A stretch of 37,780 nt of DNA from an uncultured archaeon (lineage in GTDB: Archaea; Aenigmatarchaeota; Aenigmatarchaeia; QMZP01; JAFGSV01), in contig CAZSYZ010000002.1 of NCBI GenBank assembly GCA_964611445.1, positions 1-37,780 of the forward strand, written 5' to 3'. The notes under the pieces were generated by a model that was not told the DNA's origin, ran no database searches, and saw only the letters and a program-made list of their open reading frames with translations. Shown piece after piece: positions 8,792-15,745 of the stretch (position 1 is the stretch's first letter; every line of letters begins with the position of its first letter). The position numbers and the translations under genes are program-made.

Positions 8792-8928
8792 AGGGCCACT
8801 GCTGGAACTCCTACCACAAGGAGAAGCGCATGAAGAGCATCCTGAGAGGCATGAAGGAGAGCGGGGAAGAGGCCGAGGGCGCGGAAGTGAAAAGGAAGGG
8901 CCCGCTGACGCTCGGGGACTTCTGCTGA
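8792..8928. repeat. Helicase 3'-end repeat, copy 3 (137 bp including a TGA).
   Basis: In the helicase frame it encodes ..HCWNSYHKEKRMKSILRGMKESGEEAEGAEVKRKGPLTLGDFC*, against EGYYWTSYHKEKRMKSILRGMKESGEEAEGAEEKRKGPLTLGDFY* in the gene. Confidence 0.9.
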
Positions 8929-8944
8929 CTTCTATAATCGTTTA

Positions 8945-10840
8945 CTACACCGGCGTCTCCACAGGCGCTTTAGCATTGTGGGCTAGTATCCCCTCTGCGA
9001 AATAGTTGTTCGGGCTTGCAAGCTTAAGGTTGTAGACTGTTCCCAGTTCCTCCTTTTGGAACTTGAGCGAAACTATCTTTGACCACTTCACCGAGTCTCC
9101 CTGAGAGACCAGAACATGCTCGCCTTCCTCAAGGTTCTGCACAGGCTCGTATCTTTCCGAGCCGTCTTTCATCGCGTATAGCAGATGGATGCCCGTAACC
9201 CTCGCTTCCTGACCGTCTGCAGTCGTCAGGACATAATACCCGTCATTCGGCACAACTCTGTTCTCTTTGGTGTGGACGAGCAGTTCTTCTACCCGGGATT
9301 CCGTGATTTCCCCGGTTTCGTCGTTGTATGAAATGACGACGTCGCCGGACTCGATGTCCTCTATGCTTTTCAGGCCGCCGTCAGCCATCAAGATTCTCGT
9401 GCCGGGGAGGAAGCACTCAGCGCATGAGCCACCGACACAGATATGGGTCTCCTGGCTGCAGTCGCATATTCCGTCTGGTGGAATATCGCAGTCAAGCCAG
9501 CCTCCACTCAGGCAGTCACATACTCCACCTTCACAGAGCGCACCATACGGACAGCTATTGCTGCATGAACCGCAGTGGTCAGGGTCGGTATGAAGGTCTA
9601 CACATTCCCCCCCACAGCACGCGCCATAGCAGTTGCATATCCCTTGGCAGTTTCTAAATCCAAAGTCGCAGATGCACTGTCCGTTGGAGCAGTGCTGGTT
9701 GGGGCCGCACGTTTTTGTCACTGTCCCTCCGCAATTGTCGTAGAATGTCCCGCACTCAGGCAGGTCTCCCGCTTCGCCGCATAAAAGCACGCCCCTGAGA
9801 TATATGTCACCGCCGCTGGTTATCCATGCAACAGGGTCGCCGTAGGAATTAATCACAAAATTCCCCGAACTGCTGGGAGTTGCAGCCGTGTTTCCATAAA
9901 GGCCGCCCCTCTTATAGACATCGCCGGTTGAGCCGTCAACCCAGAATACAGTGGTCCCGGCAGAATTCTGTATTATGAAATTGCCATTGCCTGAAGGATT
10001 TGAGAACGTTGCCTTGAGCATTCCACCTATCCACATATATCCGTCGCTGCCTATACTCAGCAGGTCACTGCCAGCGCTGTTCTTTAATACGAATTTAGGC
10101 GGCGAGGTCCTCCATACGCCTAAATAGCATCTTATAGTTTCTCCGCTTATCGTCATCTGATATCCGTCAGGCCTGCACGTCCCGCTGTAGACGCAGTCGT
10201 ACTCGCTGTCGCAGCATGCGTCATCACTCGCGCTGCCCGTGCACCCTTCCTCACATTTCCTGTATTTATAATATTCACCCTTATCGTCGCCGCAGCAGGT
10301 AGTAGTTGCCACATCGCCCAAGCTGGAGATGGCCCAGTGCTCTTCAAGAGGATAGTAGCAGTCGCAAGCATCTTCGCTCGTATCTATGTCGGCCACCTCA
10401 GATGGCCAGTATGGTAATACACACCCACCTTTACCGCAGCTGCTTTGCGTGTAGTAGTTCCCTTCATAGCACTGGTCCTCATCGCTGCACGGACCGGATA
10501 CGCAGGCACCGTCGCTGCAGTAAGTGCCGTAATTGCACCTGTGCAGTATCAATTCCAATGGAGAATTAGGTACGCATGCCCCTTCGCATGTTCCGGCCGT
10601 TTCAATGTATGTGCAGATATCGGTGTCGTCGCATACCGTTTCATATGTGCAATCTGCCCAGATATCGTAAACGCAGAGTTCCTGTAAACGGAGGCAGTTC
10701 CAGCACGCGGGATCACCGCAGTCGCTGTCAGTTTTGCATTGAGAATGAACGGGAGCCGGGTAAGCTATCGAATTCGGGAGAAAGACGATTAGGATAAAAA
10801 GAAATGCCGCACATCCCGCAAGAACCCCATAACGCCACAT
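8945..10840 (-). CDS. Secreted cysteine-rich protein with three internal ~35-aa repeats and a C-terminal 147-aa Hint domain (nt 8975..9415).
   Basis: - N-terminal signal/TM segment VLAGCAAFLFILIVFLPNSIA.
- Many CxxC/EGF-like Cys clusters.
- Three repeats: FVLKNSAGSDLL.., FIIQNSAGTTVF.., FVINSYGDPVAW..
- Hint blocks: CFLPGTRILMADGG (A), VTGIH (TxxH, B), VYNLKLASPNNYFAEGILAHN (F/G).
- Only AKAPVETPV follows the terminal Asn.
- The ATG at 10840 overlaps the upstream stop (TGATG). Confidence 0.8.
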   Translation of the reverse strand: MWRYGVLAGCAAFLFILIVFLPNSIAYPAPVHSQCKTDSDCGDPACWNCLRLQELCVYDIWADCTYETVCDDTDICTYIETAGTCEGACVPNSPLELILHRCNYGTYCSDGACVSGPCSDEDQCYEGNYYTQSSCGKGGCVLPYWPSEVADIDTSEDACDCYYPLEEHWAISSLGDVATTTCCGDDKGEYYKYRKCEEGCTGSASDDACCDSEYDCVYSGTCRPDGYQMTISGETIRCYLGVWRTSPPKFVLKNSAGSDLLSIGSDGYMWIGGMLKATFSNPSGNGNFIIQNSAGTTVFWVDGSTGDVYKRGGLYGNTAATPSSSGNFVINSYGDPVAWITSGGDIYLRGVLLCGEAGDLPECGTFYDNCGGTVTKTCGPNQHCSNGQCICDFGFRNCQGICNCYGACCGGECVDLHTDPDHCGSCSNSCPYGALCEGGVCDCLSGGWLDCDIPPDGICDCSQETHICVGGSCAECFLPGTRILMADGGLKSIEDIESGDVVISYNDETGEITESRVEELLVHTKENRVVPNDGYYVLTTADGQEARVTGIHLLYAMKDGSERYEPVQNLEEGEHVLVSQGDSVKWSKIVSLKFQKEELGTVYNLKLASPNNYFAEGILAHNAKAPVETPV

Positions 10841-12021
10841 CAACTCAACCTTATGACTATATTGCTTCCAGGTAATGCATATATGTAGGCTGTATCTAAT
10901 CTGTTGACATTTTCGATATTATTGGTGTTCATGTCGAGGTTCCCGCCCACGATCTCAAGCCTGTCGTCAAGACTTGTCGTTCCTATACCGACCCGCCCCT
11001 GGCCGTCAACCACAAGACGAGTAGTGTATGAACCTCCGCTGTAGCTTCTCACATAGAATGCGCCGCCGGAAGAGTGTGTGATATAATTGCTTGCCCCCCC
11101 GAGATTGCTGGTCCCGTATATTGAGGATTCTATCCTTACACCTACCGCCGAGCCCGAATCAATATGAAGCTTTGCGTCAGGAGATGTTTCTCCTATGCCG
11201 ACCCTGTTGTTTGCCGCATCTATGTACAGCGTGCCCGAGTCTACGTTGAGGTCGCCGTCAAGCGTTATGGAATCGGCCAGCTGCGCACCGTTTATTGAAT
11301 CAGAGACGACCGAAAGCGTCGGAGTCGAGCCCTCTCCCGTTCCGCTACCGCTCAGGAACCCTATTGTCGCCGAGTCCGTTATCGTCGCCACGTAATCCCC
11401 TGTCGTATGCGCCCCAAGGGATATGAGGTCGGTCAATGACGTCGCTCCTGTGCCGCCGCTTGCTATCGGAAGGGTGGCGCTCCTGAGCACTCCGGAGCCA
11501 TCATAATACAAGGCGCCGTTACTGGTTCCCGTGAAGTCATCCACCCTGTCCCCCGCGGCCGGGTAGTATGCAATCTTGTTTGCCGCGCCCGCGTTCACAG
11601 CGCCCTGCCCGCCCCCTATGCAGGCCGTCGCATTGCATATGGTGCCCGTGGCCTGTATGTTGCCCTGGACGTAAACGTTCCCTGAAACGCTGAGCCGCGA
11701 AGTTCCGGGAGTAGCTGTCCCGATGCCGACGTTGCCGCCGGTCGATATGTATATGTCAGGCCCTCCATTCGAATCGCCATACAGCCTGAGGTCATTTAAA
11801 CCCATTATCTGGTCTGCACCAGTTATGTCGGCGTCGTTGAGCGTTAGCCCGTTCGCTCCGTTCACTGTAAGGCTCCCGGGAAACGTCCATGCACCGCCTG
11901 CACCGCCCCCGAAAGTTCCCGGAAGTATCTGGCTGGCGGGATGCGACTGAGCCTGAACGCCTGCGCATGAGAATAGAACCATGACTCCAATGACGGCCAG
12001 AGAGAGGAATATCCGCCTCAT
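10840..12021 (-). CDS. Secreted fibre-like protein (tail-fibre-like GNVGIGT repeats), paralog 1.
   Basis: Signal peptide MRRIFLSLAVIGVMVLFSCAGVQAQS. It has Gly/Thr/Ser/Asn-rich beta-type composition and repeated GGNVGIGTATPG / RVGIGETSPDAKLHI / RVGIGTTSLDDRLEI motifs, as seen in phage tail-fibre-type proteins. Confidence 0.75.
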   Translation of the reverse strand: MRRIFLSLAVIGVMVLFSCAGVQAQSHPASQILPGTFGGGAGGAWTFPGSLTVNGANGLTLNDADITGADQIMGLNDLRLYGDSNGGPDIYISTGGNVGIGTATPGTSRLSVSGNVYVQGNIQATGTICNATACIGGGQGAVNAGAANKIAYYPAAGDRVDDFTGTSNGALYYDGSGVLRSATLPIASGGTGATSLTDLISLGAHTTGDYVATITDSATIGFLSGSGTGEGSTPTLSVVSDSINGAQLADSITLDGDLNVDSGTLYIDAANNRVGIGETSPDAKLHIDSGSAVGVRIESSIYGTSNLGGASNYITHSSGGAFYVRSYSGGSYTTRLVVDGQGRVGIGTTSLDDRLEIVGGNLDMNTNNIENVNRLDTAYIYALPGSNIVIRLS

Positions 12022-12056
12022 TGTTTAATTAATTGCCGGCAGCGAATTAAAAGCTT
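11905..12056. repeat. 152-bp perfect direct repeat, copy A. It covers the promoter, 5' UTR and first 39 codons of fibre paralog 1.
   Basis: I compared it base by base with 14161..14312 and found them identical. Identity drops to clearly diverged homology further into the genes. Confidence 0.9.
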
Positions 12057-12103
12057 ACCGCAGCAGATTGCTCTTGGGAACTGACAAAACGGCACCAGGC
12101 GGT

Positions 12104-12147
12104 TTCTGAAGGATGTCCTGAAGGGGACTTATGCTGATTATGTGGTT
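12104..12147. repeat. Degenerate, internally deleted fourth copy of the helicase 3' end.
   Basis: The sequence tcctgaagg|ggggacttatgctgattatgtggttt matches atcctgaagga....ggggacttctgctgattctatggttt of copy 2. The match continues for several bases past the TGA. Confidence 0.6.
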
Positions 12148-12171
12148 TTTTCAACTGTTCCTAGTTGCAGG

Positions 12172-14277
12172 TTATCCAGAGCCGCAGGTTATCCAGTCTA
12201 TGAAATTCATGCTCGTTCCACAGGTTGCCCTGTACCATTCCCCGTTGGTGGCATCGCCGTCGGAGTCGTACCAGCCGCAGTCTATGTCATAAGCGTAACT
12301 GAAGCTTGCCGAGTGTGAACTGACATGGTTCAGCCCGAACTCGCTGCACCAGGCGGCTCTCGTGTCCCCGTCGGTCTGTTCGTGCCTCATAAGCCGTTCG
12401 GCCTCGGTATGGCCTTCGTAGTTAGGCCTGAAGTAGCCGTCCCATCCTGGCATGGGGCTCGAGGAGAATACGAGTTCCCTTCCTTGGACCACTTGTGGTA
12501 CATTGAAAGTGATACTTCCGTCACTGTTCTCTGTACAACTTTCCCAGATGAGGAATTCATCCCCGTTCCCGGCTTCATCTACCCTAAGCCCGTACTGGTT
12601 TATGAAGCCTCCATAGAGTGGTTGTCCTGAGAATATGCCGCCTTCCGTATAATGGCCCCACACGTCGAAATTGAAGCCCATGAATTTCGGGCACCTCGCA
12701 CGCCTCTTTATCACATTTACGGTGAAGCAGTTCTCTCCGTTCTCATCGCAGTACTCTGTCGCTCCGACCTTCCCGCCGACGTCCAGCATGAGGTCGGAAG
12801 AGCGGCTGGTTGTCCCAATGATAGCATAGCTTCCGGTCCTTAGGTAGTCGGAAATATAGCCCGGCCCGGTCACGTGAATCCCCCAAGGACCAGGACTTCC
12901 TTGGCTTCCTGCCCTTATGCCGCCTGTCACCAAGACGTTTCCCCTAACGTCCAACTTCTGCGTCGGTTGGTCTATCCCTATTCCCACGTTTCCGTTCAGG
13001 CGGTATATGTTGCTGGTTCCATCGTAGAGCGACCAGTAGCTGGTCCCCCCTCCTCCTACGTTATCAAGACAATTACCATAGCCGTCGCATACAGTTCCGC
13101 TGGCTTTTATGTCACCCTGGACGTCAAGCTCCACCCCGCTCGCGGGCGCTTTCCCTATGCCGACGTTCCCGCCATCCCGGACCGTAAACACATTCGTGAT
13201 GCCGTCGTAAAGATTGAAAATGTCCCCAGTCCCGTCCTGTACCACTCTCAGCTTTCCGCTACCGTACAATGATCCTACGCCGACGTTCCCTCCACCGGGT
13301 TGCAGGATGATGTCAGCTGTTGGGTTGTTGATGAGGAAATCGTCGTCAGCGTTGGTATACAACTGGCCGACTTCTGCCGACTGCGACCATACCCCTATCT
13401 CCCTGTAGTTCGAACCGTCGTCGAGATAGAAGTCGACATCATTTATGTATGTGTTGCTGTCACCGAAATCGACATGCGTGTAATCGTTGAAGCCGATCCG
13501 GAAATTGACAGGATACATGTAGAAGTTGTCTATGGAGTTCTGGACGTAGACGTTCCCTGTGCCGCTTCCCGACTGAACGAAGTTCAGATACCCGTCGCTT
13601 GAAGAATGGTATAATCTCACCCCGTGGCTGTTGTCACCGTCCTGGAAGTATAACGAATTGCTTCCCACCCTCAGGTCTCCTGTCATGGTGTCGCCGTCTA
13701 TGTCGACCCAGTCATCAGATACGACGAGATTCTCGCCGCTGCATCCTATGTGGTCATCAGCCGTGCCGGTCACATCCGAACAATCGAAAGAAATGGTGCC
13801 GGTAGTGGTGATGGGACCGCCTCCTATCCCCACACCAGTATCAATCTGGGTAACGGTACCGGTCCCGGTCGTGCTTATACACAGCCCGCCGCCATCGCAT
13901 ACCTCCCCAGTCGCCTGTATGTTGCCCTGGACGTACACATTCCCCGAAACATTGAACCGTGCCGTTCCCGGAACCGCCGTCCCGATACCCACATTACCAC
14001 CCGTCGTTATGTATATGTCAGGCCCCCCCGTAGAATCCCCGTACAGCCTGAGGTCATTAAAGCCCATTATCTGGTCGGCACCCGTTATGTCGGCGTCGTC
14101 GTCAAGCGTTATGCCGTTCACCCTAAGCCCCCCGAGGAACCTCCATGAATCGACAGATGTGCCCCCGAAAGTTCCCGGAAGTATCTGGCTGGCGGGATGC
14201 GACTGAGCCTGAACGCCTGCGCATGAGAATAGAACCATGACTCCAATGACGGCCAGAGAGAGGAATATCCGCCTCAT
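12172..14277 (-). CDS. Secreted fibre-like protein, paralog 2 (701 aa), with a distinct C-terminal globular region.
   Basis: Its first 39 aa are identical to paralog 1, followed by about 85 aa of diverged homology. It has GGNVGIGTAVPG, GGNVGVGSLYGSGKL, GGNVGIGKAPASGVEL and NGNVGIGIDQPTQKLDV repeats. The unique C-terminal ~200 aa are rich in W, Y and C. Confidence 0.75.
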   Translation of the reverse strand: MRRIFLSLAVIGVMVLFSCAGVQAQSHPASQILPGTFGGTSVDSWRFLGGLRVNGITLDDDADITGADQIMGFNDLRLYGDSTGGPDIYITTGGNVGIGTAVPGTARFNVSGNVYVQGNIQATGEVCDGGGLCISTTGTGTVTQIDTGVGIGGGPITTTGTISFDCSDVTGTADDHIGCSGENLVVSDDWVDIDGDTMTGDLRVGSNSLYFQDGDNSHGVRLYHSSSDGYLNFVQSGSGTGNVYVQNSIDNFYMYPVNFRIGFNDYTHVDFGDSNTYINDVDFYLDDGSNYREIGVWSQSAEVGQLYTNADDDFLINNPTADIILQPGGGNVGVGSLYGSGKLRVVQDGTGDIFNLYDGITNVFTVRDGGNVGIGKAPASGVELDVQGDIKASGTVCDGYGNCLDNVGGGGTSYWSLYDGTSNIYRLNGNVGIGIDQPTQKLDVRGNVLVTGGIRAGSQGSPGPWGIHVTGPGYISDYLRTGSYAIIGTTSRSSDLMLDVGGKVGATEYCDENGENCFTVNVIKRRARCPKFMGFNFDVWGHYTEGGIFSGQPLYGGFINQYGLRVDEAGNGDEFLIWESCTENSDGSITFNVPQVVQGRELVFSSSPMPGWDGYFRPNYEGHTEAERLMRHEQTDGDTRAAWCSEFGLNHVSSHSASFSYAYDIDCGWYDSDGDATNGEWYRATCGTSMNFIDWITCGSG

Positions 14278-14312
14278 TGTTTAATTAATTGCCGGCAGCG
14301 AATTAAAAGCTT
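14161..14312. repeat. 152-bp perfect direct repeat, copy B (promoter and signal-peptide block of fibre paralog 2).
   Basis: Identical to 11905..12056. On the minus strand it contains CTTTTAATT about 25-33 nt upstream of the ATG, a TATA-like box that would give a short or absent leader. Confidence 0.9.
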
Positions 14313-15029
14313 TCATTCATTCATGTTTCTGACTTCGCACTTCTTGAAGTTTCCGCTTATTTTCTCTCTCAGTCCTGCGAAGAACGCGTCAGGATACGTG
14401 GACACTTTTGCGAACTCCGGGTCTATCATGCTGTCCCTAGGAATGAACTTCTGGAGCACGTACTTACTCGAGCCCTTCAGCTGCCTCGCTATCTCCAGGA
14501 TGTCCTCCTCGCTGTGCATTCCCGGCACGACCGTGGTCCTGAACTCGTAATCGATGCCGCTGCCCCTCAGCATCTCCACGCTTTTCAGGACATTCCCGAA
14601 GAGCCTTTTGTCGCTTGTCGCGGCGGCCTTCGTATACTTCTCCCTTTTCAGCGACGTCTTGATGTCCATGGCCACGAAATCCACGAGCTTGTCCCCTATG
14701 AGGGCTTTCAGCATCACCGGATTCGTGCCGTTTGTCTCCAGTCCTGCAAGAAGCCCGAGCTTTTTGACCTTGCCGTAGAAACCAGGCAGGTCCATGTGCA
14801 TGGTCGGCTCGCCTCCCGTGACTATCACCGCCTGGTAGAGCTTCCTCCGCGCTTTCAGGAAATCCAGCACCTCTTCCTCGGTTATCCTTTCCAGCTTGTC
14901 CGGCCTGAGCACAAGGTCGCGGTTGTAGCAGAAAGGGCACCTGAAGTTGCACCCGCCGGTGAAGAGCACCGTGGAGACCTTTCCGGGATACTCCACGAGC
15001 GAAGTCTTCTGCCACCCTCTGAATTCCAT
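14313..15029 (-). CDS. nrdG: Anaerobic ribonucleotide reductase activating protein (radical SAM).
   Basis: Contains the GGCNFRCPFCYN CxxxCxxC cluster, is about 235 aa, and is the last gene of the nrd operon. The start could be the ATG at 15029 or the GTG at 15038. Confidence 0.85.
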   Translation of the reverse strand: MEFRGWQKTSLVEYPGKVSTVLFTGGCNFRCPFCYNRDLVLRPDKLERITEEEVLDFLKARRKLYQAVIVTGGEPTMHMDLPGFYGKVKKLGLLAGLETNGTNPVMLKALIGDKLVDFVAMDIKTSLKREKYTKAAATSDKRLFGNVLKSVEMLRGSGIDYEFRTTVVPGMHSEEDILEIARQLKGSSKYVLQKFIPRDSMIDPEFAKVSTYPDAFFAGLREKISGNFKKCEVRNMNE

Positions 15030-15060
15030 GCGTATCACGACCCAATTTTAACCGAGAGAA

Positions 15061-15561
15061 TCAATAGCCTTTCAGGTCCTTCTCCGAATAGACGCCGTTG
15101 TCTTCCTTTATCCAGTCTTCTATGGCATAGGTCTTCGTTCCGTCAGGCGTCTTGACAACGACATGCTTCAGCCCGGCGTTTATTATCATGCGCTTGCACA
15201 TCTTGCACGGCTTCGCCTCCGCTATGCTGTCGTCCTTGACGTTCTCCCCGTAAAGGTAGAGCGTGCCTCCCAGCAGGCTGACTCCTGCTCTGGCCGCGTT
15301 TATGAGGGCGTTTGCCTCGGCGTGCACGCTCCTGCAGAGCTCGTAACGCTCTCCCGGTGGCACCTTGAGCTCATCCCTGGCGCATTTGCCTATGTCCACG
15401 CAGTTCGGCACGCCCCTGGGGGCGCCTACGTATCCCGTGGAAATGATCTGGTCGTCCTTGAGGATGACCGCCCCGAACCGCCTGCGGAGGCAGGTCGAGC
15501 GCCTGCTCACCTCCCTGGCTATGTTCAGGTAATAGTCCAATTTGGATGGTCTGTCCGGCAT
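15061..15561 (-). CDS. dCMP deaminase (ComEB/Dcd-type cytidine/deoxycytidylate deaminase).
   Basis: Contains the HAEANAL and PCKMCKRMI zinc-binding motifs. Confidence 0.9.
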   Translation of the reverse strand: MPDRPSKLDYYLNIAREVSRRSTCLRRRFGAVILKDDQIISTGYVGAPRGVPNCVDIGKCARDELKVPPGERYELCRSVHAEANALINAARAGVSLLGGTLYLYGENVKDDSIAEAKPCKMCKRMIINAGLKHVVVKTPDGTKTYAIEDWIKEDNGVYSEKDLKGY

Positions 15562-15591
15562 ACGAACTCTATGTCTCCGAATAATAAAAAA

Positions 15592-15744
15592 CTAACACTT
15601 TTTCTCCATTGCCTGCGTCTTGAGTTGCCTGTCGAACGTCTTCCTGTCGCCGAACTCCTCCTGCTTCCCCTCGTTCCACTGCTCGACGGGCCTCAGGTAG
15701 CCCACGGATCTCGACCATATCTCGCACTTTGTCCTTTCCGCCAT
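15592..15744 (-). CDS. Stand-alone glycyl-radical C-terminal segment of NrdD (50 aa).
   Basis: It falls below the ORF-track cutoff. My translation is MAERTKCEIWSRSVGYLRPVEQWNEGKQEEFGDRKTFDRQLKTQAMEKKC, which carries the canonical class III RNR glycyl-radical motif (SR-x-x-GY-x-RPV..WN.GK..E). The ATG lies 1 nt after the nrdD TGA and is preceded by GGAGGT (aaaggaggtaagtgacATG). Confidence 0.75.
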   Translation of the reverse strand: MAERTKCEIWSRSVGYLRPVEQWNEGKQEEFGDRKTFDRQLKTQAMEKKC

Positions 15745-15745
15745 G

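Larger units (their letters stand above)
7405..8928. mobile_element. Putative inserted cassette 2. It is AT-rich, carries a single AAA+/DUF4143 gene on the minus strand, and is bounded on the right by helicase-tail copy 3.
   Basis: Same logic as cassette 1. The promoter side holds two copies of attcactgaaca (about 8727 and 8760). Confidence 0.5.

Noticed and set aside
10840-14312. A diversity-generating retroelement (template/variable repeat pair) as the explanation for the repeated block in the two fibre genes.
   Set aside because: The repeat is 100 percent identical, with no adenine-specific mismatches. It covers the promoter and signal peptide rather than a C-terminal ligand-binding region. 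No reverse transcriptase gene is present in the window.
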